DNA from: Spirochaetes bacterium GWF1_51_8
GTDB lineage: Bacteria; Spirochaetota; Brevinematia; Brevinematales; GWF1-51-8
Length of the DNA stretch: 64,000 bases
NCBI GenBank assembly: GCA_001829415.1
Contig: MIBE01000006.1
Span: 52,300-116,299, forward strand
Direction of reading: 5' to 3'
The position numbers and the translations under genes are program-made. Shown here piece by piece: positions 7,435-15,511 of the stretch. The notes below the pieces were generated by a model. It was not told the origin of the DNA, made no database searches, and was given only the letters and a program-made list of their open reading frames with translations. Position 1 is the stretch's first letter. Every line of letters begins with the position of its first letter.

Positions 7435-9492
7435 ATAAACCACGCCCTTCCCGGCGAGCGCGTCAGAGGCTTTTGCGATACACAGATCGAGCGCGGGGCG
7501 CAGTTCCTTATTGGGAGCGATATGCCATGCCAGCTCGAAGCATTGCTTCGAGATCGACATCTGGCCGCCCATATACGCCTTTTCGCCCTCGGTGAGCAGA
7601 CCGTTGAAGACCATGACACGGTAGTTGACAATCAGGAGTTTAATAATCTTCTTCTTCATCTCGTCGAACGGGGCATAGGGCGCGAAACGCGCTTTATACT
7701 CGAATATCTCACGCAGACACAAGAAATTCTTTAACGGGACGGACAGCTCTTTGTCCGCGACTATTGCCGCCATCCTCTTCAATGCCGAGATGTACTCGAA
7801 ACGCGATATATCCTGGTTGTGCAGCTTGTTGAGACTGCTGATCCGTTCGAACAAGTCCGGGGTGATATCCGGCGAGAGCGACATGAAGCCCGTGATCCTG
7901 AGCAATGCGGCGAGGTAGAGTCCCTGCTGTTCGAACTCGAGGCTTTTTTGGAGGATTTTCGCCGCGATCGCACCGGTCTTCCCTTTTTTCAGTTCGGAGA
8001 TCGACTGCGAGAAAAACGAATAATCCTTATCGATGTAGTAAACCATGAAGCTTGTCAGGGCGTAGTTCTCGAAATCGAAATTCCGGAAATAGGTTTCGCA
8101 GATCCTTCTCAGGTAAGCGGATGTGTCGCGGAGAAACTCGATCGCGCGCGAGTACTCTCCCGGAAGGCCTTCGGACTTCTCGAAGGAATAGAACTTCACG
8201 ATATCCTCGTAAGGCGAGGGCGGAAGATCGGTGAGGTTGTAGTAGCCGATATAATAATTCCATGTCTCCGGGGTGAGCGAACCCTGGGCATACTTCTTCC
8301 ATTCCGGGGTCTCGGCTGCGTCCTGTGCGAAGAGCGCCATGAGCGAGCAGGATAGGAGCAGTACGATCAACGGGAGCTTCTTCCCTTTCAATGCCTTCTT
8401 GAATGTCTTCTTCTTTGACGACGGAGGCTTCCTCGGAACTTCCACAGGGATCAGGGTTTCGAGGATCTCGAGCTTCCATTTCCGGATCAGTTCCTCCCGT
8501 CTTTTCCGCTTCCGTTCGTGGCGGTATAGCCAGAGCGCAATCAGTGCGAGGAGAATAAGCAGCCACCACCATGGGAAAATTCCGCTGTCCGGGTCGTTCT
8601 GGGGGAGGGCTATGTTCGTACCGGGCGGATTGGTCAGGATGAAGTTCGAGAGGATATTGCTCAGGCTTGTTAGCGCGACTTGCTTATTGGTATTCGTTGT
8701 CTGCGGGACGCCGGAATAGTTTGTATAGACCGGGAGCACGGGGACGTCGTCCGCCGGGACGATCATCATGTATTCGTTCTCGAGCACAGGCGGCTTCGTG
8801 ATCACCATATGGATAATCGGCTGGGAACGGACATCCTCGGATGTGCGCGGGTAGATCATCACTAAGTAGGAGTCTACCGGCTGGTCCTTCGCGAATGAAT
8901 AGCTGTTTCCCTGAACGGCAAGCGATTTAAAAACATTCCCCTGCGTGAAGTATTTCTCGAGATGGGGAACGGGAATCTTGTTTTTGTTGAGGTAGTAGAT
9001 CATGTTGAGAAGGGGAAGATTGTCGCTTTTTATGAACGTGACCGTAGCATTGGTCAGGAGCGGGCTTTCCCACGTGATCGAGACTGTTTCTCCGTTATCC
9101 GCGATCCCGCCCGGAAGGAATGTATTCTCAATATCGAACACGGTACGGATACATTCGGTCAGGTAGAATTGCAGTTTGTCGCTGAATCCGACTTCAAGGG
9201 CGTTGGAGAACGTCTGGATTGTTTTCAGGTAAAGCTTCTTATTGTAGTAGTCCTTACCCTCAAGGTAAACCTTGAGAAACTCGGTATACTTGTCATACAT
9301 TTTCTCGAGAAGCTCGTTCGCCCGGGTGTCGAGAGGATATTCTTCCATATACTCTTTCAGGATTTCCACCGCGCGGACATAATGCTTTTTTTCATACCAT
9401 TCGGCCGCAAGGTCGTATCCGCTTTTTTCCGTCTGGGAAAACACAGTCCCGGCCAGCAGGAGCATGAATGGAAGTATCCGGAAAATTTTCAT
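7405..9492 (-). CDS. envelope protein with signal peptide, two large extracytoplasmic domains and a central 2-TM hairpin
   Basis: Signal peptide MKIFRILPFMLLLAGTVFSQ, TPR-like N-terminal helices. TM1 is FPWWWLLILLALIALWLY, followed by a basic loop RHERKRKRRE... and a second hydrophobic stretch LPLIVLLLSCSLMALFA. Its ATG directly follows the stop of 9493..10641 (TAAATG). Confidence 0.8.
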   Translation of the reverse strand: MKIFRILPFMLLLAGTVFSQTEKSGYDLAAEWYEKKHYVRAVEILKEYMEEYPLDTRANELLEKMYDKYTEFLKVYLEGKDYYNKKLYLKTIQTFSNALEVGFSDKLQFYLTECIRTVFDIENTFLPGGIADNGETVSITWESPLLTNATVTFIKSDNLPLLNMIYYLNKNKIPVPHLEKYFTQGNVFKSLAVQGNSYSFAKDQPVDSYLVMIYPRTSEDVRSQPIIHMVITKPPVLENEYMMIVPADDVPVLPVYTNYSGVPQTTNTNKQVALTSLSNILSNFILTNPPGTNIALPQNDPDSGIFPWWWLLILLALIALWLYRHERKRKRREELIRKWKLEILETLIPVEVPRKPPSSKKKTFKKALKGKKLPLIVLLLSCSLMALFAQDAAETPEWKKYAQGSLTPETWNYYIGYYNLTDLPPSPYEDIVKFYSFEKSEGLPGEYSRAIEFLRDTSAYLRRICETYFRNFDFENYALTSFMVYYIDKDYSFFSQSISELKKGKTGAIAAKILQKSLEFEQQGLYLAALLRITGFMSLSPDITPDLFERISSLNKLHNQDISRFEYISALKRMAAIVADKELSVPLKNFLCLREIFEYKARFAPYAPFDEMKKKIIKLLIVNYRVMVFNGLLTEGEKAYMGGQMSISKQCFELAWHIAPNKELRPALDLCIAKASDALAGKGVVYLYLTNMIVP

Positions 9493-10641
9493 TTAGTATT
9501 CACCTTTTTCGCTTTCGATAATCAAGTTCAGCTTCAATAGCTCTTCCAGGTCGGTCAGTTTTTTCTTTACCAGTTTATTTTCGGGATCGAGCTCTAAGGC
9601 CTTTAACCATTTCTCCTTGGCCAGCTCGTATTGACCGTGGATGTAGTGATAAATACCTTCCTGATATAGGTGAGCGACCTGATCGACGAACACTGGGAAA
9701 TCGGCGTACACCGACACGTTATGGTTATTCCCGAGCGCGCCGAGGTAGGAGAACGCGTAATCGACGCGGAGGTCGTTGAAGTACTCGGGATAACGCAGTC
9801 CCAGCCCGAAGGCGAGATTGCCGGTCTCTTTGCCGAGATTGAATCCAGTCCGCAGGATCAGGATATTAAATAGCGTGTACTCGATCCCCATCTTATAGAG
9901 GAACGGTCTGCCGTACTCGATAGCCACGTCCATCGAGAGCATCAGTTCCTTGACAATCGCCATGGAGAGTCCGAGGGTCGCCTTGAGCGGAGTGACGGAA
10001 TCGCCCGTGAACCCGATGTTCTGCATGGCGAATCCGATATTGAACGGCATCTTGAAGAAGGCGTGGTCGTAATGCAGGCCGAGCTTATCGAGGGTGGCGG
10101 TGTAGTTGATCCCGGCGTCGAACGAGAGTCCCCATGTGCCGGTCTCGGTCATCGAACGGCCGATCACAGAGACACATCCTCCCACCGAGAACCCGGTCAG
10201 GAAGTCGAACAGCAGTCCGCCGTCCACCGATACAGCGGCCTTCCAGTTCAGGTCGAACGGGTGATAGGTGTTGACCGGCGCGCCGTAGAGATCGTACTGT
10301 GTGAAGCCGCCGTAGTCGATATAGTAGATGCTTGTCCCGATCACCACATCGTAGAACTTCATCGCGCCCGACAAGTAGCAGGAAAACGTGTTGTCTATCC
10401 AGTTCTGGAACATGAACGAGAGCGCGAGGTTGTCGATGGTGTTCATCGCGGCGGGATTGTATTCGATAGCGGTGGAGTCGCCTATGATGGACGTGTAGCT
10501 GTCGCCGAGGCCGATAGCGCGCGCGCTCCGCGGAATCTTCATAAAGTCCGACTCCGAGGTCAGGGCGCTTGTTTTGACAGGGTTGACGATCAGAAGAAGC
10601 ATTTCGACAGCCGCGAGGAGCAGTTTCCTTTCGCTATTCAT
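9493..10641 (-). CDS. PorV/FadL-like outer-membrane beta-barrel with short C-terminal TPR-like extension
   Basis: FMKIPRSARAIGLGDSYTSIIGDSTAIEYNPAAM matches the xIxxxARaxGmGd...NPA signature I associate with PorV / UPF0164 FadL-like barrels. An alternating-hydrophobic strand pattern follows, then YQEGIYHYIHGQYELAKEKWLKALELDPENKL. Its ATG abuts the upstream stop (TAAATG). Confidence 0.8.
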   Translation of the reverse strand: MNSERKLLLAAVEMLLLIVNPVKTSALTSESDFMKIPRSARAIGLGDSYTSIIGDSTAIEYNPAAMNTIDNLALSFMFQNWIDNTFSCYLSGAMKFYDVVIGTSIYYIDYGGFTQYDLYGAPVNTYHPFDLNWKAAVSVDGGLLFDFLTGFSVGGCVSVIGRSMTETGTWGLSFDAGINYTATLDKLGLHYDHAFFKMPFNIGFAMQNIGFTGDSVTPLKATLGLSMAIVKELMLSMDVAIEYGRPFLYKMGIEYTLFNILILRTGFNLGKETGNLAFGLGLRYPEYFNDLRVDYAFSYLGALGNNHNVSVYADFPVFVDQVAHLYQEGIYHYIHGQYELAKEKWLKALELDPENKLVKKKLTDLEELLKLNLIIESEKGEY

Positions 10642-11862
10642 TTATTTCACCATCACTTTACGCACTTCTTTCAGTCCCTCGGAGTCCACGACAATGAAGT
10701 ACATTCCCGCGCCGACCGCGATACCCTGGTCATCGGCGCCGTCCCATGCGTAGACTTGGTCGTCGAGGCGTCCCTCGAAAATATGCTTTACGAGGTCGCC
10801 CGCTATCGAGTAGATGTTGATCTTGCCGTATTGCCCGAGCGCGGACTCCGGGAGTTTCAGGTAGCAGGAGCCGGACGGGATGATATTGTTCATCACGACA
10901 GTCTGGTAGCCCTGGTCGTGCAGGTCTTTCAGCAGGTACGTGTAGTTCGTAAGCGAGTTGACGCCGTCGATCTCCAGCAGAAACGAGACATAGTTCCCGG
11001 ATTTGAGAATACCTTCGCCGATCTTCGCCTTGTACGTGTCGGAGTAAATTTCAGACATCGGGACGCTCTGGTCGGCGGGATTTCCGCCCGTACCGTCGGC
11101 GACGCTGTCCACCGCGAACCACAGGTTGATATTCGAGGCGCGCACCGGCGTATTCGAAAGGCGGGCGAAAATCGAATTTTCCGTCTTCCTCAGGTAGGCC
11201 GTGCCGTTGAAAATATGGATCGTATCGATGCCGTCGCTGGCGTACAGATCGAGAATCGAGTTGGGCTGAACGACCCGTATCGCGAACGAGGTTCCCGCCG
11301 AGGGATACCCGCCGTAAGTGAGGCCGTTAAACCCGGTGTAGACTGCCGCGACATGGTTGGAATTGCTGAGCGTCAACGCGCCGATAGAGAAATAGCCGTA
11401 GCTCCCGATAGACGCATCGGCGGGAATCTGCACCGCGAGTACGATATGCAGAATCGCTCCCGTGCCGAATAAGGCGAATGGAACGCTGTAGTTCGTCCCG
11501 ACATCGATTGCGGCGGACTCCATGTGATAACTCCACGCGGTATTCGTATACCCGATGGAATTCGAGAATGAAGATATAAAGACGCGGGCATCGTTATCGG
11601 CGTCGTTACCCATATTCGTCAGATAAAGATCGATGTTAATCGAATAATTCGGGTAGCCGTTGTACGATGTCCCGGAACTAATCCCGCGCAGGCCGAACAC
11701 GCTCCCCATCGTAAGCGAGGTGTCCATGATGTAATTTGTATAGCCCGTCTCGAAACCGATAGTGAGATTGGTCAGTACCGTCCCGGCGGGCGAGCCTAAC
11801 GCGGCGAATGACAAAGTTCTAGCCAAAACAAGCAGGATGATCGAGGCGAGAATTCTATTCAT
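10642..11862 (-). CDS. secreted surface protein with FlgD-Ig-like / type IX secretion C-terminal sorting domain
   Basis: ATG 11862 overlaps the upstream stop by 8 nt. Signal peptide MNRILASIILLVLARTLSFA. The last 60 aa GKINIYSIAGDLVKHIFEGRLDDQVYAWDGADDQGIAVGAGMYFIVVDSEGLKEVRKVMVK fit the Por_Secre_tail / FlgD_ig pattern. Confidence 0.85.
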   Translation of the reverse strand: MNRILASIILLVLARTLSFAALGSPAGTVLTNLTIGFETGYTNYIMDTSLTMGSVFGLRGISSGTSYNGYPNYSINIDLYLTNMGNDADNDARVFISSFSNSIGYTNTAWSYHMESAAIDVGTNYSVPFALFGTGAILHIVLAVQIPADASIGSYGYFSIGALTLSNSNHVAAVYTGFNGLTYGGYPSAGTSFAIRVVQPNSILDLYASDGIDTIHIFNGTAYLRKTENSIFARLSNTPVRASNINLWFAVDSVADGTGGNPADQSVPMSEIYSDTYKAKIGEGILKSGNYVSFLLEIDGVNSLTNYTYLLKDLHDQGYQTVVMNNIIPSGSCYLKLPESALGQYGKINIYSIAGDLVKHIFEGRLDDQVYAWDGADDQGIAVGAGMYFIVVDSEGLKEVRKVMVK

Positions 11863-12859
11863 ACGCCTCCAGCTCCATGAGCTGAACATAGTTTTTATAG
11901 TCCTGCAACGCATGCACGGCGGTATCCTTATCGACCCATACCCCGATATAGACCGCTTCGAAATCGACTTTGACCTCGTCGGTCATGACCGGCGAGTTGT
12001 CCTGTGCGAGCCCCTTTTTCAGATCGGTATCCTTTCTTTCGAAATACTCCCACTTCACCCCGTCCATACTGTGCATGATATAATATGAAAACGGATAGTA
12101 GTTCGCGTTCCAGATCACCTTAAAATTCTTCAAGTGATGCTTCCCTAACAGGTTGACAATTACCCATTGAGGCTCCATCCCTAATTCCGTACTCACCGCC
12201 ATACCCTTGTACCATTCGACCAGACCGTCATTGATACGTGTGATCGCGGGGGTGGAGTCGTCGACATACTGGCTCTCCGGCAGACGGTTGAATGTCCCGG
12301 TCACCGGCTTTCCCAGCGCGGCGTTATAGAGTGATGTGGAGAACGACTGTGCCATCGAAAAATCTTTACTTTTAAATTCCGCTTTGTAGCTTGTCCCTGA
12401 CGGTATCCCGTCGAACACGGCCTGACCCAGCTTCTTCAGTTCGATCCTCTGGTAAAACGCGGTCTGTCCGTTCGTGTAAAGATAGCACTCGATGAACATA
12501 TCTCCCGGCGCGGTGAGTTCGAACACGGCCTTTTTCGGTTCAGCGCTCAGAAGTTTCACATGGAACGGCAGCTTCATCGAAAGGGTGCCTTTCTCGAGCA
12601 CTTTCTTGTTCGCATCGGTAAGGATATACTGGTAATCGCCGTCGGGCAAGGGTAACGAAACAGTAAGTTCGGCGGCGTCTCCGATCAGGGCTTGAATATT
12701 GGTCACGGCCTTGGCAAATACTTTGAGGAACAGGGGCTTCGGGATCGCCTTCATGTTTTCGAGCCGCACCGAGACGACCCAGCCGTCTTGGTATTTTACC
12801 GAAACACCGGCCCACAAGACCACAGGGAGTAATAACAATATGAGAGCTATTCTTTTCAT
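11855..12859 (-). CDS. secreted protein with C-terminal F5/8 type C (discoidin, CBM32-like) domain
   Basis: Signal peptide MKRIALILLLLPVVLWA. C-terminal NAALGKPVTGT...DGLVEWYKG...QWVIVNLLGKHHLKNFKVIWN...YYIMHSMDGVKWEY...QLMELEAYE is the discoidin pattern. Confidence 0.85.
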   Translation of the reverse strand: MKRIALILLLLPVVLWAGVSVKYQDGWVVSVRLENMKAIPKPLFLKVFAKAVTNIQALIGDAAELTVSLPLPDGDYQYILTDANKKVLEKGTLSMKLPFHVKLLSAEPKKAVFELTAPGDMFIECYLYTNGQTAFYQRIELKKLGQAVFDGIPSGTSYKAEFKSKDFSMAQSFSTSLYNAALGKPVTGTFNRLPESQYVDDSTPAITRINDGLVEWYKGMAVSTELGMEPQWVIVNLLGKHHLKNFKVIWNANYYPFSYYIMHSMDGVKWEYFERKDTDLKKGLAQDNSPVMTDEVKVDFEAVYIGVWVDKDTAVHALQDYKNYVQLMELEAYE

Positions 12860-12880
12860 ATCCTATCCTTTTAATAGTCT

Positions 12881-12906
12881 GGAACCGCCCGTCGCGGGAC
12901 GGTTCC
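12881..12906 (-). promoter_or_regulatory. GC-rich intergenic hairpin without U-run (possible attenuator or mRNA-stabilising stem)
   Basis: GGAACCGCCCG (12881-12891) pairs with CGGGACGGTTCC (12895-12906): 11 bp, one bulge, 3-nt loop. It lies in the only sizeable gap (96 nt) of the surface locus, just downstream of 12956..14005. Confidence 0.5.
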
Positions 12907-12955
12907 ATCTATTATTAGCAAGCCTTTCTATCGGAGTCCGGGTTAAAACAGCGCG

Positions 12956-14005
12956 TTACTGTACCCAGTTCACGTAGTAGAACGCGCCTTTTCCGCCCAC
13001 GTTCACCGTGTTTCCGGCAAGCGGGGTAGCGGTAAACGGAGCGAAGATCACGACATTCTTGTTCGTACATGCGCCGGGATCGCCCACCGCGTTAGTGGTA
13101 AAGTTTGCAGCCGCCCAAGGATAAGCCCCGCCCCAGAAATTGGACTTCATGCTGTTTACTTGGAGCGTGACGTAGTTCGTGTTAAATACGTCAATGATCT
13201 TAACACTTGCCGCCGAAGCGTCGCCCGCGTTGGAGTAGTTCAATGTCCAGATCAGCTTACCGCCGGGGTACGGACGGGATGTGATCGCGCTGAACGGACC
13301 GGTATTCGAGACCAGAAGGGTTTTCGAGAGCACCATCTTCGCGGCCTGTACGGTCACAAGCCAGTTGGTATCGCCGGCGGCGTTCGTCAACTGCACGACG
13401 CCGTATCCGGCTTTGAACTTCGCCATATTACCGCCGTAAGCAGTACCGTTAAAACCGGTATAGTTGGTAGCAATAGCGGTAACGACAGGCCCTGTGGCCT
13501 TACAGATAAATCTGGCATAGGACGCATTCACTTCATTAGCGGGAACGTAAACCCGGAACCACATATAAGTGATTTGCGCCTGCGGGGAAGCCGACACTAC
13601 CAACGATGCGGCGTGGGTCTGCGCGGAAGTGTTGGTATACTCGTAGATCCACGTTCCCCATTGGCCGGCGGAATGCACTTCCGAGAAGCTGAACGTAAAG
13701 TTCACGGCGAGGTTACCGTCGTTCACGAAGGTCGTCTTGTTATAGACGTTCTGACCGGGATTGATATTGACATTGTTCGTCCCGATCCATGTCCCGCCAT
13801 AGTTCGTACCCACTTGGGTGGTCACCCCGGGAACGTTAGTCGACATACCGGTGCCCCATGACAGGGTCGCGGTATTGGTGATGGGAAATGCGGCGGGTGT
13901 AGGTACCGCGCCGATTTTCCCTGTCCCTAACGGTAACGTCACGAGGAGCGCTACCATCGCTATCAAAACCAGTGACAGCGGCAAAAGGCTTCTTCTGAGT
14001 TTCAT
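12956..14005 (-). CDS. secreted DUF11-like repeat protein (candidate major surface subunit)
   Basis: Strong AGGAGGA SD, signal/anchor MKLRRSLLPLSLVLIAMVALLVTLPLG. DUF11-like segment KTLLVSNTGPFS...PGGKLIWTLNYSNAGDASAASVKIIDVF. Shares the NYTGFNGTAYGG segment with 10642..11862 (VYTGFNGLTYGG). Confidence 0.85.
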   Translation of the reverse strand: MKLRRSLLPLSLVLIAMVALLVTLPLGTGKIGAVPTPAAFPITNTATLSWGTGMSTNVPGVTTQVGTNYGGTWIGTNNVNINPGQNVYNKTTFVNDGNLAVNFTFSFSEVHSAGQWGTWIYEYTNTSAQTHAASLVVSASPQAQITYMWFRVYVPANEVNASYARFICKATGPVVTAIATNYTGFNGTAYGGNMAKFKAGYGVVQLTNAAGDTNWLVTVQAAKMVLSKTLLVSNTGPFSAITSRPYPGGKLIWTLNYSNAGDASAASVKIIDVFNTNYVTLQVNSMKSNFWGGAYPWAAANFTTNAVGDPGACTNKNVVIFAPFTATPLAGNTVNVGGKGAFYYVNWVQ

Positions 14006-14025
14006 ACTCTATCCTCCTAAAAAGA

Positions 14026-15501
14026 TTATTTCGAAATCACGGCAATCTCGCATAGATACAAATTCGGCCACGGGAGCCATTTCTTCTCGCGCGTGCCCCT
14101 CTGCGCCTTCGCGAGGACATAGAGCCGAACAAAACGGGCGGCCTGATCGAGCGGGATCGAGTGAAGGACGAGATAGTCGCCCATCGGCGAACGCATATCC
14201 TTACCCTGCGCCGCGTCCAAATGCTCCTTCACGGTCTTCCAGTTCTTGCCGTCTATACTCACATCGATCCGGTAGTCCTTGCTGAACGACAGCGCCCACC
14301 AGTAGATGTCGAGCCGTTTGATATCCGAGACCTTCTCGAGATCGATCACGACATACTGGTCGGAATTGTCGGCGTTGTACGATATCGCCATCCCGCCGAA
14401 GTAGTTCAGGCTTCCGTCGACTACCTTGCCGACCGTCGACTCGCCGTAGCCCTTTTCCTTGATCGTCGGGTCGATATGATTAAACGTGCCCCATGCTTTT
14501 TTACCGAGCGCGATATTGTTCGGCGGGGTATTCAATGTCAGGACTGGGGTTTTGATCACGTTACCGGCGGCGTCCTTCAGGTAGATGACATAGTAATATC
14601 CGGTCTCCTGGGTCAATCCCGCGATATCGATATCCCTCGATACGGCGGGCGTTTTATCTTCCTTGATCTTTTTCAGCTTGTCCGGCGCGGGCCCAAAATG
14701 CAGTTCGTATGACACGGGCAGATTCGCTTCATAGAAGAGCTTAGCCGTAAACGGCGTAATGTTCTTCGCGGTTAATTGATGGAATTCGGGTAGGGGAACG
14801 CCGGGGGTCTTGAACTCGATCTGCTTGCTCTCGACACGGGTGCCGTCAGGCGATTCGCTCACTATCTTGAAGCTATACTCCGAACCTTTCATCAGGCCGT
14901 CGATCGTCACGGAATGATTGGTGATATAATTGACCTCGACCAGCATCTCGAGCTTGCCGTTATATTTTTTCTGGTAATAGAAAAAGTCCTGCGACTTGAT
15001 CTTCGTGTTCCATGTCACCTTCACGGAACTTTCCGTGATACCGGTAACTTTGATATCCGTGACGGCGTTCGGCGGGGATTTTTTCTCGAAGCAGACCACC
15101 TCGCGTATTTCAAATGCCGCGGGGGTTTCGATGACGATCTTCAGGAATATCGTCGCGATATTCTCGGCGTCCACTTCCAGCAGGTCGGTCTTCACATCCT
15201 TATACTCCGAGACCTTTTTCCAGTTCATGAAGTCGTCGGAAATAAAAATCTGGAACTTCCTGACGGCGGTCTCCTTGACGAAATAGATCTTTATTTTCCC
15301 TATATCGACAACCGTACCCATTTGGAGTGAAAACGTGTTTTCTCCGGAATTAAATTTAGTTACGGTTTCCTGTTTGCCGTCGATCAGGTTGCCGGCATCG
15401 GGCTGATTGAGGAAAACTCCTGGGATTTTCACCGCCCCGTAGAGATTGACGATCAGTGCCAGTGAAAAAATAAGCGTCCATGTTTTCAGGGTCATCTTCA
15501 T
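14026..15501 (-). CDS. secreted discoidin - FN3 - FN3 - discoidin protein
   Basis: Signal peptide. The N- and C-terminal F5/8 type C-like domains include the C-terminal NNIALGKKAWGT...QYVVIDLEKVSDIKRLDIYWW...YRIDVSIDGKNWKTV...YLCEIAVISK. Two FN3-like units, e.g. PPNAVTDIKVTGITESSVKVTWN...GSEYSFKIV. Confidence 0.9.
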   Translation of the reverse strand: MKMTLKTWTLIFSLALIVNLYGAVKIPGVFLNQPDAGNLIDGKQETVTKFNSGENTFSLQMGTVVDIGKIKIYFVKETAVRKFQIFISDDFMNWKKVSEYKDVKTDLLEVDAENIATIFLKIVIETPAAFEIREVVCFEKKSPPNAVTDIKVTGITESSVKVTWNTKIKSQDFFYYQKKYNGKLEMLVEVNYITNHSVTIDGLMKGSEYSFKIVSESPDGTRVESKQIEFKTPGVPLPEFHQLTAKNITPFTAKLFYEANLPVSYELHFGPAPDKLKKIKEDKTPAVSRDIDIAGLTQETGYYYVIYLKDAAGNVIKTPVLTLNTPPNNIALGKKAWGTFNHIDPTIKEKGYGESTVGKVVDGSLNYFGGMAISYNADNSDQYVVIDLEKVSDIKRLDIYWWALSFSKDYRIDVSIDGKNWKTVKEHLDAAQGKDMRSPMGDYLVLHSIPLDQAARFVRLYVLAKAQRGTREKKWLPWPNLYLCEIAVISK

Positions 15502-15511
15502 AGTTCCGTCC

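Noticed and set aside
10063-11472. 469-aa plus-strand ORF spanning the PorV-like and CTD-protein genes
   Set aside because: It crosses a gene boundary on the opposite strand, is Arg/His/Val/Asp-rich low complexity, and has no start context. The same reasoning applies to the many shadow ORFs inside 3923-6472 and 15512-20878 (e.g. 4889-5698, 16676-17458, 17804-18292).
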